Source of the DNA: Camelus ferus
Lineage: Eukaryota
DNA length: 64,000 nt
Assembly (NCBI RefSeq): GCF_009834535.1
Contig: NC_045697.1
Span: 90,336,001-90,400,000, forward strand
Direction of reading: 5' to 3'
The number at the start of each line of letters is the position of its first letter. Position 1 is the stretch's first letter. This document shows positions 38,421 through 51,361 of the stretch, piece after piece. Below the pieces are notes generated by a model, which searched no databases, had not been told where the DNA came from, and worked only from the letters and a program-made list of their open reading frames with translations. The position numbers and the translations under genes were made by a program.

Positions 38421-40330
38421 AAAATAATCCTATGTGGAAGCCTATCTCTACTCCCAAAAGAAATTTTATCCACTGGCAGCTATGGTATCCTTCAGAATGT
38501 AAAGAAAAGAAGACCACCATGATTGCACAAAATAGTAAGAGGCTTTTTTTATTCTCTTAAAAATGTAAAAATCCATAGACAAAGGAGTGGATGGTATATT
38601 GTAATTACTCTTCTTAAACTGTGGCAGGGTAAAACAATTAGCCAATCTTAAAAAAAAAAAAATTTCCTTATGCCAAAAATCAAATAAGATAAATATGACT
38701 AGAAATATTTTATAATCTTGTTTATTTATTTATTTATACTCGTTTTGTTTCATAAGTTTAGAGTAGAAAGCATGGAAAATTTTATATCTCCTGTAGGCTT
38801 CAAACACCTTGGAAGGCTAATCAGTGTTTGAAGATTTTTTAAACTTCTACAGAAGCAAGATCCAGATTGTAATTTACAAAGGTTCTCAATGCAGAAAGGA
38901 AAATGGCCAAGAAGATATCTCAAATCTCATCTAGATTTAAATTTGACTCTCAAGTGTCCTGTTACAGAACCACCTTTTTATGCATCTACCCCCAGCAATT
39001 AACCTTTTACTCCCTTTCCTCCTTCCTTTACCTCAAAAGCTAATAGCACTTAAAATCAATTTTAAATGAAGACTCAAAGGAGATTACAACAATCCCAACT
39101 TCCTGATTATGAAGAAGCTCACTCACATATATACACACACTTTGCTGAGAGTACAGGCCACTGTCACTCACTCTCAGAAAAATCCATTCCTATCATTCAA
39201 TTTATGCCTGTTCTAGCCTAGAAGAGACAGTATTTAGACTCTTGGCTGTTTCCACAGTAATCTTTAAGTTTTTGACAGATCATTTTTCCTGGTTTTTTCT
39301 GCAAAGCAGTTCTAGAATTCTGAAGTCAGCACTGCCACCACCTGAATTCTAGGGAATCCTTTGACCTGAGAAGTCCCAGGGTCAGAGGAGTCAGCCAAGT
39401 CTCATGGAAGTCAAAAATCTACTTCTCACAAATTTGAATAGCTTAGGAGCAGTCACAAATATTAGGGCAAATTCCAGGGGGTATCCACCTCAGAAGCATA
39501 TTCCATCAGGAGAAGCCAAGGAAAAGGGCTGGTAGAGGAAAATTACAGGTTCTTACTCTCATTCTAACATTAAACTCCACCTACTTACATAATTTTTAGG
39601 TATAAGAAATGCCAGTTGGATATATATTACATGTTTTAATTCCATTATGAGCTATATGTTGAATGAATTCCACTGTTAACATAGAGAAATATGGTAAAAT
39701 GGAATCATAAAAAGTTTCATCTCTTTCCACCTATCTTATTTTCAATACAAAGGGGAAAATAAATATCATCATGTGGAAAGAAATGATGAGAAAGAACAAG
39801 AAAAAGAAAACTTTGATATGTAAAGAATAAAGAAGACGCTAAAGCACTAAATGACTCCTAAAAAAGCCTTGTCTGAAAGTAAAATCCAGAGTCAGAAAAT
39901 CAAGCCCAAAATTTTAAAATAATTCTTAAGTTAAGGTATCTTCATATTTTCCTAATGTTTGTGTGCACTCTGAAAGGGGAGTTAAATATTGTGATTTTTC
40001 AGTGCTGTTTTGCTAGTGTTTTGATCCAAAGAGTTCAATTTACTGAACTTCCCCTGAAAAGTATGTGCTGTCCCTACTTTCCTGAGCATAATTTGGTGTA
40101 TGTGAGGACCTGGAAGGGATTATAAAAAAAAACACAAACTGTAGTTCTCTTCTGGCTATTATTATTTGGCACTAGAACTTGAGCCTGAAAGGTTTGTTTC
40201 TGTAAAGTTCAAAACACATCTTGTGTGCACTATGTAATTATCATATTATATGTTATATTTTTTACCTCCTTGAGGGAAATTTGCTCTTCTAGTTTTGGAT
40301 CCCAGATGGCATAATTCCCTAGGTCTACTT

Positions 40331-40331
40331 T

Positions 40332-40362
<31 letters not shown>

Positions 40363-40368
40363 TGTGTG
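40331..40368. repeat. (TG)11(CG)4 alternating purine-pyrimidine tract (Z-DNA prone)
   Basis: 38 bp of unbroken alternation seen directly. Confidence 0.92.
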
Positions 40369-40571
40369 AATAAATACATCTTAAGAGCATACATGTGATA
40401 GACGTGACAGTCTTCCATACAAGCCCTCAGTTGGCTCTCAATTAGGACATGTCAAAAGTCATATTGCTTGGCCCTCAGCAGGCTTGATATTCATGTCCAA
40501 ACTTCTGTCTTTAATATTCACATAATCTTCAGCCAGTTTCTTGTAGCTTCCCTTGCTGGGCCAGATGACAA

Positions 40572-40590
40572 TGCTACCACCTAGTGGAGC
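40572..40590 (-). promoter_or_regulatory. CTCF-like motif
   Basis: Minus strand GCTCCACTAGGTGGTAGCA vs CCASYAGRKGGCRS core (one C>T deviation). Confidence 0.35.
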
Positions 40591-40839
40591 TTGCCTATCC
40601 TTGACTGAGCTGTTGTAATCTAACCCGATCAAGAAAATTCCCATTTGTGGTTAGGTAAGTGGCCTTTTCCCAAGAACTTCCTTTGTAAAAATACTCCTCC
40701 CCATGGCAATGACCAACTTTGGTCTACTTGCAAAAAAATAAGCAGGGTACAACATAAAAACAATACCAATCAAGTAAACATAGTAATTATTTCTATTCAT
40801 TTTCAGTTTAAATAAGTTTCTAATTTAGCTTTTATCAGT

Positions 40840-41000
40840 ACCCCTTGCTACCATTTGTTGAACACTTAACTGCATTCTAGGTGCTTTGTAAGCATCACTA
40901 ATTCTCACAGCAAACCTACAAGATAGGTGGTGTTACCATTTGTTTTACCAAAGAAGAAAATAAGCCTCCAAGAGCTATCTGCATAAGTAACTCAAATTAG
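40840..41000 (-). mobile_element. MIR SINE
   Basis: GCTACCATTTGTTGAACACTTA..TAATTCTCACAGCAAACCTACAAGATAGGTG..TTTTACCAAAGAAGAAA. Confidence 0.6.
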
Positions 41001-41884
41001 AGACACTTCCATTTCTGTGCACATGAAGATTAAATATTTACGTCTACAGCTGCATTTAAGTACTTTGTTTGCTAGGTGCTAACAAGTTATAGCTAGGATC
41101 TTCTTTACAATTAGCCAGCTCACCAAACTATTTCAGCAGTTGACCAGGAGGCTTGCTTTACAAGCATCTTCCTTTGCAGAAAAAAAAAAAAAAGTATATA
41201 AAAACAAAATTAATTAACTACTCTCTCTTAAAAAGCCTGAGTCTATTCAAGGATGCAGCAGGAGGGCTGCTTGAGAGACTCTTCAGAAAGAGAAAACACT
41301 TAATCTAGTTCTTTCATAGAATTTCCTGAGGGGAAGGTAAACCTCCCAGTCTCCCTGAACATCAAAACTTCAGCTGAAAATGAGCTAATCTTTCAATCAG
41401 CTCCACTGAGCTCTCTGGCAGGAGTCAGAGGAAGCTTGGATAGTCACAGTCTGTTGTGAGACTATGGGATTTTCTTTCTCAGTGCTATTATTTTGGCACC
41501 TTTCACAAGCAATAAATCCTTTAAAGCCTAACAAGTAACTGTAAAGAGGTTGAAACTAAAGCTGCTATAGTTGCAAAGCCCTTAATGTGTCACTGGAGTA
41601 AACCATCATGTTCACTGTTCTGAATAGAAATGTCCTTTAATACTAGGGGGTTATTTTTTTCCACCTGCTATATACCTGGCCCTGTGTCAGGAACATATAT
41701 ACATACATGTGCACACTCAAAATCTAATTCCTGTCTCAAGAAATGTAAGATAACAATGAAGAGGCTAAATGTTTACAAGTAATAATCACTAGTTTCTAGG
41801 GAAACTTTCCTAGCATATTACAAGGAATAGGCTCGTAGTCGGGACATTACAAAACTGTCAAATAGAAATATAAAGTTAAAAATT

Positions 41885-42364
41885 TTATATGGGTTATGGT
41901 CCCATCAGAAAATAGAATTCTCCCCAAATGGTTCAAATGAAGAGATGCTAATGAAGAAACTAACAACAAAGATGTGGGGAAAACCAAGCTAACTAACAAA
42001 GGATGATGAAGCATCCGGAGATTCAACCACGGGAAGGTATTACCACTCCTAGAGCTGACGGGACAAGAGGAGGAAATGGTGTTAAAGGAGCCGAGTAAGA
42101 GCTGAAGAGGCAGGAGGGGCTGTCCAACAGGAGCTGAATCATGGAGGAGCACATCTACATATAGAAGAAACAGCTACAAGGAAGCAGGGAGGAAGCAAAG
42201 GAAAGACACCCACACCCCTCTTTCCTTTTATGTATCCATGTCCTCTCAGGGCCTCCTCTGGCTAAACCCAAATGAAGTCAGATGTAAAGGGAGCCCAAAT
42301 AATGCTGATTACAGTCAGGACAGAAAGTAAAGTGGGAGGGAAGACAAATACAAAATATTAGCAT
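41885..42364 (-). mobile_element. ERVL LTR33-like solo LTR
   Basis: GGTCCCATCAGAAAATAGAA..CCTCTGGCTAAACCCAAATGAAGTCAGATGTAAAGGGAGCCC..GACAAATACAAAATATTAGCATA. Confidence 0.6.
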
Positions 42365-42396
42365 ATATGTTGATGTATCTATATTATTATTATTAT

Positions 42397-42657
42397 ATTA
42401 ATAAGCAGTAAACACAAAAGATTCACTATGTCAGGCACTGTTCTAAGGATCCTACATATATTAAATTGTTTAATCCTCACAGTGACCTTATGAATTAGGA
42501 CTATTATTATCCCCATTTACAAACAAAGAAATTGAGGTACAGGGAGGTTAAGTAACTTGTCCAAGGTCACATTGCTAGTACATGGTAAAGCTCAGCTTGG
42601 AACGTAGGTGATATGGCTTCAGAGCTCACGGCCTTAAACATTATGTTCCACTGCCTA
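42397..42657 (-). mobile_element. Near full-length MIR SINE
   Basis: ACTATGTCAGGCACTGTTCTAAG..TTTAATCCTCAC..ATTATCCCCATTTACA..GAGGTTAAGTAACTTGTCCAAGGTCACA. Confidence 0.92.
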
Positions 42658-43874
42658 CCCTATAAAAACCCCCTCTCCACAACAGCACCCCCAGAGTAGG
42701 ATCTCTGGATATGAAATCAACAAAGTAAAATGAAATTTGATGTCTCAGATTTCACCAAATATTTCCTGTTAATGAACACACAGAGTAATTGTCTGGGAAT
42801 ATACACTCCGCTACAATACAAATAAAGAAAATTAGGTATCATTCTGATTGCCTCTAATTCCCATAGATGTAGGAGTTCCTGGAGGGGTTGTGGGAAAATA
42901 ATCAGAAAATACTCCATCGCAAAGGAGAAAACCAGTGGCAGAAAGGAAAAAGACATGATTTAAAGCCTGAAGAGAGAAGTTATTTTCACAAAGAGCAACT
43001 ACTGGTATTGCTTTGCCTTTGGTTCAAGCTGAACCTGGAGAAATGTTGACGTTCCTGAACAAGTGAAATTGTAAGGCTCCTCAGAGATGTTTCTTCTCGG
43101 AGGCAGAAGAAAACTGATTAGCCATTTAACCTGAGGAAGGTACTCAGCTCGAGTTTAAAAGGAAGCAGGCATAAAGAAGGATTTATTCAAACAAGTCTGC
43201 AATAGTCACCAGATTGTTATTGCAACTCATCATATCCTTCCTGAAAAATATGGAAGAAATGCTAAGCTTTCCCTAGTCCATAATAAATCACTTAGAAGCT
43301 GCCACTCCCAGACTAATTCCTCCGGTCCACTCCCTACCTCTCCCTTTTTTTCCCCCTCATATTTTTCATCTCTCATATTTCCAGTCCCAATTTAAGGGAA
43401 TGAGAAGAAAATGGGAGTAAAAGTAGACCATTTTTGCCTCTGTTGTTGCCCTAAATATCTAAGAAGAGCATGACTCTCCTGCTCTTGCTCAAAATTTCTG
43501 CATTAGAAACCACAATTAACAAGCATGCACCAGAAAGGCATATCATTTTGGCTTTGTACTTAAAAGAAGTAGATGGTCACTTAAAAAGATGTAAGTTTTA
43601 AGAAAGATCAGAAAACTCTTATACAGAGTTTGTCTCCCACTATCCTGAACCAAGCCATCAAATTCTTGAATATTTATTTCTCTGGATTTTCAGTAAAAAT
43701 ACTAGCTTAAGTGTATATGTTTAACAGATTTCAAAGCACATTAGAAGCATCACCTATTTGATCTTCATAACAAACTATGATTTACCCAACTTGCTTATCT
43801 CTGTTCATGTCACCACCGTTTATGGCAGTTAGTAAGGTGGGTCTCTGACAATTTGAAAACTAAGTAAAGCAAAG

Positions 43875-44456
43875 ACTACAGTGTGGAAAGGGAGAAAAGG
43901 AGTCACTTCACAGTGGAGAAATCTGACAAGCACTACTTCAGTCAAGCTAAAAAAGTTAACATCAAGAATAAGAAATGTTAATACTATATACTTTTTAAAG
44001 TTATGAAAATAGTACTTTATCTCTGTAGTTTTCCTCTCCAAAACTCATAAACCTAGTCTAAACATGAGAAAAAATAATCAGACAAATCCCAAGGGACGGA
44101 CATGCTACAAAATCCCTGACCAGTACTTCTCAACATTGTCAAGGTCATCAAAAACAAGGAAAGTCTGAGAAACTGTCACGGCCAAGAACTGAGATGACTA
44201 AATGTAATGCAGTATCCCTGATGGGATCTTGAAACAGAAGAAAGACATTAGGTGAAAAATAAGAAAATGAGAATAAGTTTAATATAGTTAATAGTAGTAT
44301 TTCAATATTGGTTCATTAATTGCAACAAACATACTGTACTAATATGGTAATAATAAGGTTAAGAGAGTACAGAGTATATGGGAACTCTCTGTACTAGCTT
44401 CACAATTTTTCTGTAAATCTAAAACTGTTCTACAAAATAAAGTTTATTTTAAAAAA
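43875..44456 (+). mobile_element. L1MC/L1MD-type 3'UTR
   Basis: TTCACAGTGGAGAAATCTGACAAGCACTAC..GTCAAGGTCATCAAAAACAAGGAAAGTCTGAGAAACTGTCAC..CTGTAAATCTAAAACTGTTCT..AATAAAGTTTATT. Confidence 0.85.
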
Positions 44457-44879
44457 TGAAATAAGGTACTGCATAGGAAGTTTTTTGTAAACCATGGTAG
44501 ATGTATTAGCGTGATGATGCTGGTAATGATTGGAGCTATGCTGTGATGACAGTCTGGCAGTAGCTGGAAAGTGGATTAGTGAAGTATTCACAAAGGATTT
44601 TCCTTTTTCTCAAATTTCTCAAATTTCTAGTAAAATATTAAAGAGTTCAGTTTTTTGCAAATTACAAATTTTCAGACCTTTATCTTCTGAAAGTGGTTCT
44701 ATTTATCATCAGATAGATTTCAGAAATTATTAAATAATTCCTTAATAATTCTGCAAATCACTTTTTTTAAGTACACATCATGTGCAGAGTACTGTCCTAC
44801 ATACTGGAAAACAAAGGCTCACAAAGGTTAGCCAAGCTCCCAGCCTTCAAGGGGTGACCCTGTCAAAGAGAAAAGTAAA

Positions 44880-45172
44880 AGAAACTAGTATTTACTGAGG
44901 CCTATTGTAAAACAAGAACTTTACCTACACCGCCTCATTTAATCCTCACAGAAACCTTCTAGGAAATCATTCATTATTGCCCCAGAGCAATGTGCTCCCA
45001 TAGCATCCAATTCTTAACCCTATTCTGGTGCTTATCACACAGTAAAGCAATAGCTTACATACTGTCCACACCCCCAGCTAGACTGTCAAGTCATGGAGTA
45101 TAATAACTTGTTCGTTGTTGTAGCTCCAACATAAAGCATATTACCTGCCCATAACTGGTCACATGAATGAAT
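44880..45172. mobile_element. MIR fragment (-) abutting an L2 3' end (+)
   Basis: TATTTACTGAGGCCTATTG..CTCATTTAATCCTCACA, then CTAGACTGTCAAG..TGCCCATAACTGGTCAC ATGAATGAATG. Confidence 0.55.
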
Positions 45173-45174
45173 GG

Positions 45175-46147
45175 GATTTAGTCGAGACTCTCTCAGTTGC
45201 AAGTGATAGAAACATAAAACAAAAAATAATTTATCATTTCACGGAACTGAAAAGACTAAGGGAAACTTCTGGTGCTCTGGCTTCATGTGGACTTTCTTCT
45301 GTCTCAACAGTCCTGATCTCTCCCCATACCTACTTAGTTATCCTGTGAGAGGAGAAGGACTTAGAAGGTTGGTGTATTTAGGAGAGGGTACTTCTTAGCT
45401 CAGCCTCTTCTCCCTGGCTTAGAGATCTGTGACCCTACCTAACTATAAGAAGAGTATTCTGGTCTGCTTTCTACCAAGTGCTAAGATTACCATGCAGATT
45501 TGGCTCAATAAATCCAACTCAGGAGAGAATACAAGGAAGTCCACTATACCTGCACATCTAAACTATGTTCACTAATCTAGCTTTTATTAGTATTATAGCT
45601 GCTATTTTGATTTATATGTCTAACTCTGTTGCTAGCACTCAATTGGTTCCAAACTTGAAGGGGGAAAAATGGGGAGCTGTTCATTAGCCCCGATAGTCTC
45701 ACTAGAAAATACAGGAGTTCTGGATCTCAGGTGTAACTGACTTCAGGAGCTCAGATCACGCCATAAGAATTCAGACTCTCCATCTCTCAATTCAATTTTT
45801 CTCTGCATTGTTTTCACTCTTAGGTGGGCTTTCTTCAGTGTGATGGCACCTGCTAGTTTCAGGGTTCTAACTCAAGCTTAGCAACTGGGGAAAGTAGGCT
45901 GCTTCTTCCCAATTATTTCAACAAAATTCCTGAAATTTACTCTGTTTTGAATAATTTAGGTCCTGTATCTATCGTTGGACCACTCACCGTGACAGAGGAT
46001 CAAAAAGCACTGATTAGCCAGGCCTGGGTCACATGGAGCTAAAAGTGGAGTCAGCACCTTTTGAATTTCATGTACTTAGAGTGGAGAGGAATGGTATTAT
46101 GTGAATAAGGTGAGGAGGCTGAAGCAAAAGAACAGAAGTCTACCAGA
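45175..46147 (-). mobile_element. MLT1-type LTR pieces (about 45175-45270 and 45690-46147)
   Basis: GACTCTCTCAGTTGCAAGTGATAGAAAC and CTGATTAGCCAGGCCTGGGTCACATG..GGAGTCAGC. Confidence 0.6.
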
Positions 46148-47342
46148 GCTATTATTAAATCCTCTTTACACAAAAGAAAAAGGAGGGTGCATAGCTTGTA
46201 TAGGGAAGATACAGAATTTAGAATTACGTATGTTTGACTCCAAGTCTGTGTGCTCTCCTTTACATCAAAGATGACTCCCTAAGCTTCCACCAACAAATCT
46301 CACCACTCTTACAAGTGATCTAGCTGAAGAAGTGGTAGAAACTCTTTAAAAGATTCTAGATCATACTGGTGGAAGAGAGCTTACTGGATTACTGTGCCCG
46401 ACAGTAAGAATCACTCCTGCTGAATATCTAATAGGGCGACACCTTAATTCATTTCTGGACCAGCTCTGCTCCAAGTTAAAAGACATCATCTTACTTAAGC
46501 AGACATCATCAACTGCTTAATATGTACCTGTTCCTTGCCCCTTTTTTCACCATTATTGCTAATACTTGCTAGGAACTCTACGCAATGGGCCCACTATAAG
46601 AACTGTACTTTTTTATGAAATTCAACTTACTCTCTAGTCCACTTGATAACAGAAAACTTAAACTCATTGACTGAAGTTAAACTCAGTTAATTTGGTACTT
46701 TCTCAGTCAAATCAGAGTAAATTCAATTTAGGGTTCTCTCCCCAAACCCATTCAAGTTCTAGTTGGCTTAGTATCATGGCATCAGGGAAAGGAACCTACC
46801 CCTCAGTCCATGCTGACTCTGTTGATATGCACCTTATTCCATCTGACTCATGGAAGGCACCACATCTCCGTGCTGGCATCTACTGAGCGATATCCACTAT
46901 CTATGCTGCTCCCCAGTGGTGGTCCCCTGTTACAAACACAAGGCCCCTCCATAACTGCCTGCTTTCAGGGCCACATCTACACCACTTTTGGCTGTATGGG
47001 GAAAGATTTAGATACTTCTCACACCACATATGAGCACAAGAGATTCTCCATAAGACCCTTCTCCTAGCAACTCTGTGTCGCTCCAGCTACTCTATAGCTC
47101 CATGGATAAGGACCATGGCATGTCTGGGCAACCAGGCAGGGAAAGGGGTGCATAACTCCCTCTCCTCTGAGTTCACCTAACCCTGGGGCGAAGACTGTCA
47201 CTGGAGTAGGTGCAGGAAAAAGCACAGGTCTTCTTGCCTGAGACCTCCACCAGTGTCTGATGCCATTCCTTTCCAATTCTTTCTCCACAGACCAAGGAAT
47301 TCTTATCAAGTCTAGGAAAGGAACAACATTCTTCTTACATTA

Positions 47343-47590
47343 TTATGAGTTCTTGCTAATCTTCCAATCCTTTCTTTCAAATACTGTTTCCACCAGAGTT
47401 TTAAACTTAGAAAGTGGGATCAACTGGTTTGTTTTCAATTGTTCTGCCAGGCTTTCCTTCTCTGAAATAGGGAGCTCAGGCTGCCTGAAATGGAGATAAA
47501 GGCCATTTTTGAAAAAAAGAATTACTAAAAATGAAAACACAGTTGTTAATGTCAAAATTTTCTGCATGACGTAATTTGGACCAAGTTGAA
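47343..47590 (-). mobile_element. Ancient CR1-like reverse transcriptase remnant
   Basis: Frame LGPNYVMQKILTLTTVFSFLVILFFKN..PISEKESLAEQLKT..LVETVF resembles CR1 ORF2 GPDGIHPRVLKEL..PLSIIFEKS..PIFKKG..GNY..LVETI. Confidence 0.5.
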
Positions 47591-48429
47591 TGAATTTTTG
47601 TATCTGAGGTACTAAGACCTGGGCTGCAAATGTGTAGATTGCAGATGGGAAAAGACAGCTTTCTCAAGTTAAATAGACTATGAATACTTGCTTTCAGAGT
47701 CACTTGACAAACTTCTTCACAGACATTTCACAATAATCTTTAGGCTATCCTAAGAAATGACTTTTCTTAGTAATTAACTAACTTAAAAGACCTGTGTAGT
47801 CTACTCTAGCTGAGTCCTTGAGTGCATGTATGGTTACCTTGGCAAGAAAAGAGAACACACCTCTTCCTTAGCAATCAGAGACTTTTATAACGAACATCAC
47901 AACTTTATCATGGACTTTATAACTCAAAACACAGCAAGGATCCAGAGGACATCATATGGACAGAAGTTTCCAATTTCCCCTGCCACCATGAAATCACTCT
48001 CAGACTCCATACTGAAAAAAAAGCACAGGAAGGGGACAGAAATCTGAGGGGCCATGAGTTTAATTAAAAAAAAAAAAAAAGACACTAAGCCATCAAAAAG
48101 AGACTAAACCAGACAAGAGTAAAAAATAGTAAATTGCAAAGCATAAAGGTTATTTTTGTCTTAACTACCCAGTAAGACTGTCAGCAAGGAAAAAAGCAAA
48201 GATGCTATATCTTCCTTGCACTTCTAAGTGCAATGAGAGTGACTGCTGCTCTGCTAGCCAATCCTCTAAAATCAATCTTTCCAACAGTAGTACATAGCAA
48301 AACAGAATGAGGCAAGACAGTAATAACTGCTCTAAGGTAGCAAATCACAGTATCCCAAATCAACTGTCATAAGAGTTACTCTGTTCACTATTTTGGCTGA
48401 GTTGCGGATATTGAGGTGATTAAAAAAAA

Positions 48430-48560
48430 AGAGGAAAACACAGGAAGGATGAAGGAAGGGAAGGAGGTAGTGAAAAAGGAATAGGGTGAAGAAGGGAGGG
48501 ATGTATAGAGGAAGGGAGGAAGGGATGGAGAGAAAGAAAGAAAAGGAAGGGGGAAAGAGC
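48430..48560. repeat. GA-rich polypurine low-complexity tract
   Basis: Seen directly. Confidence 0.85.
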
Positions 48561-49007
48561 AACAAAAATGACTTGTGTTGTACATAATAACTCTGTGGTA
48601 AAATCATATCCTCAACAAGTTATGAGTGAAATCAAAGGTGATAATAGTGCCAGACTGTTCAAATAATGCTTCAAAAATCTCACTTTAGTACATCCCCAGT
48701 GAATTCAGAGCAATCAAAACATTTTTTTCTTAAGTTTTCTTATCTTTACCTATGCTCCTGGTTTGAGTCTCTTCTCCAGAAGAACCCGAAAATTCTCTAT
48801 GCTGCAAGTATAAAATTGCCTATTTATAAAATTTTATAAAATGCTGATTTTAAAAAGTGAATGAATGAAATAAATAAGGAAGAAAGAGAGAGAGAGGGGA
48901 AAGGAGCATAAAGCAAATGAAAGCCCTTGCACATATACACATGAATGATTTTTATTAATGTCTCTGTATCTTCATGCACTAACTAACTAAAACCCAGATA
49001 CACTTAC

Positions 49008-49036
49008 CAACTGATGTTCTGAGCTATTGGTTATAG
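49008..49036 (-). other. Candidate 29-nt microexon
   Basis: tatcttttacag|CTATAACCAATAGCTCAGAACATCAGTTG|gtaagt, with TGCATG about 30 nt downstream. Confidence 0.3.
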
Positions 49037-50196
49037 CTGTAAAAGATACAATCCTCTTAGCAGAGGTGTAACCCATTTACCAGACTACAATGTAAATGAG
49101 CCTTCTTTCCTCCCAGGCTCCCTGGAAAAGATGTAATGGCAACTCCAGTCACTATAATTGTTCCACAAATGCCTTCAAGGAGATTTGAGAAGACCCAAAA
49201 GCCCACAAAGCTTACTGACTTATACAAGGAATGTAAAAGAAGTGTTATTTTCAATTCCAATTTCTTAATTTTTTTTATCATTTTCCCTAGCACAGAACAG
49301 TCTTTGTGCCCATGGATCTCCCTAAATGTTTATGTCCCAAAGGACACAGAGGTGTGGAAAATGTGACACATGTTCCTAATAAATTCATATTACAAGACAT
49401 GGCCTTGAAAATGAAAAGCAAATGAAATCCCTCTATCCTCTAAATCTTCTTTCATGTCAAAGGTTAGTCTTGCTTATTCAACAACTTAGACTTCAGCATT
49501 TGAAAAATAATGAGTCTATCTAAGTGGTATTCAACAGCTAAGATTTTAGAAACATGAACAGAAAATCTTTAGAAAACTCAGGGTTAGCATTTAGAGAGGA
49601 ATTCACAGTTTTACTAATCCAGAAATAAATTATTGCAAAGTGAGTAACTGATACAACATGCTCATTTGCTAACTCCCCCATAACCCACAAGAAAGTTTAA
49701 GAATGAGGACGTTTGGACATAAACTGCCTCACCAACTATTAGAACACACTAAAATCTTGAGTATTCATCCTGTAAAACTGCCAATAATGTAACAATCAAA
49801 AAATATATTCATCTCTTTTCTAGAAAAAGTATAAAATAGATATTTATTTTAAGCCAACAACAAATTCCTACCATAGATTACTCACTATTCAGAACAAAAA
49901 TTTTTGTAATAAATTTATTATTTGTTCTTTCCCCCAATACTTGCAGGTGAATGAGAGCAATCTCTGAAAGGCCACCAAAAATTAAGCTTTAAATAGCAGA
50001 TAACTTGCATATCAGTCATACCTCATTCTGTTCTGGAAAAGATTAGGACTTTGTATTTAGCTTGCACATGAAACCATTACAAAGTTGTGAGTGAAAATAG
50101 GAAGGTCACAAAACTTACCCGCCAAAATGCACTTAAGCAGTCTGTTAATATAGACTGTCTCATCTACTCTGTAAATTCTTGGTCTGTATTAGGGTA

Positions 50197-50320
50197 AAAA
50201 TAATAGCTAACATGTAATGAGTGCCTACTATGTGCCAGGGACTATTTAAAGTAACAAGAAAAATTAACTCAAGTAATATTCATAGCAATTATTCCATTTT
50301 CTGAAAGAAAAACTAACATC
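50197..50320 (-). mobile_element. MIR fragment
   Basis: AATAATAGCTAACATGTAATGAGTGCCTACTATGTGCCAGG. Confidence 0.7.
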
Positions 50321-50439
50321 AATTGGGAATATGAGAAAATGAAAACACTCTGATTTGTATGGATGGCTGGATCATGAATTAACATTTTCTTTCATTCTGA
50401 TTGCCATTAGTGTTATTTACATAGTAAATACAAACATGT

Positions 50440-50530
50440 AAGTTTTCTTAGACCTCTTCCAAACACAATTTCCCACCTGGAAAATGGGGATGATAATAAT
50501 ACCTTCCTCATAAAGCTGCTGCATTAGTTT
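50440..50530 (+). mobile_element. MIR core fragment
   Basis: CAATTTCCCACCTGGAAAATGGGGATGATAATAATACCTTCCTCATA. Confidence 0.7.
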
Positions 50531-50909
50531 TACATACTGCAAAAATCTCTCCAAAACACCACCTGTATTCAAATAACTTTCAACTGCTTATTGGATCTAA
50601 TTAAACTTCTTAGCTGGCCTTGCAAGTCATTCTTTTTTATCCACTACTTCTCTGTACAACCCTCCATCCCAGTCGGGCCAGGTTACACCTCAATCATTCC
50701 CAGCTGCCTGTCTTAACTCATATACCCTTCCCACCACCTTACAAATACACTCATCACTTCTCTCTGCTAACTATGCCTTCCCCATTCTTCATCTTCCAGA
50801 TCACATTTCCCTATCTCTTTGTAAGTCTTCCCCCTCCTATGTGGTACTAACTGGCATGTGCAGAATACCTATGATGTGCTTGGCACTTTTTGTATATTAC
50901 TTAATTTTT

Positions 50910-51361
50910 GAGGGTTTTTTTTCCTTTTTCTTCTGTTTTTATTGAAGTATAGTTGATGTACAATATTATATAAGTTACAGGTGTATAATATAGTGATTCA
51001 CAATTTTTAAAGGTTGTATCTCATTTAGAATTATTATAAAATACTGGCTACACAGTACAGTATCCTTATTTTATGCATAACAGTTTATACCTCTTAATCC
51101 CCTACCCCTATATTGTCCCTCCCTCCTTCCCTCTCCCTACTGGTAATGAGTAGTTTATTCTCTATATCTATGAGTCTGCTTCTTTTTTGTTATATTCATT
51201 AGTTTGTTGTATTTTTTAGACTCCACATGTAAGTGATATCATACAGTATTTGTCTTTCTCTGTCTGACTTACTTCACTTAGTATAATACCCTCCAAGTTC
51301 ATCCATGTTCCCAAATGGCAAGTTTTCATTCTTTTTTATGGCTGAGTAGTATTCCATTGTG
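50910..51361 (-). mobile_element. 5'-truncated artiodactyl-type L1 3' end inserted in a MIR (about 50850-51500)
   Basis: TTTTTATTGAAGTATAGTTGATGTACAAT..GGCTGAGTAGTATTCCATTGTG. TSD TTA(C/T)TTAATT(T/C)TT at 50897-50909 and 51362-51374. Confidence 0.88.

Noticed and set aside
48823..48840. 18-bp perfect palindrome TTTATAAAATTTTATAAA
   Set aside because: A/T-only and plausible by chance in this composition.
50119..50183. 65-nt exon candidate with CGG|gtaagt donor and small hairpin CAGTCT..AGACTG
   Set aside because: Several competing acceptors, adjacent to a MIR tail, and no other support.
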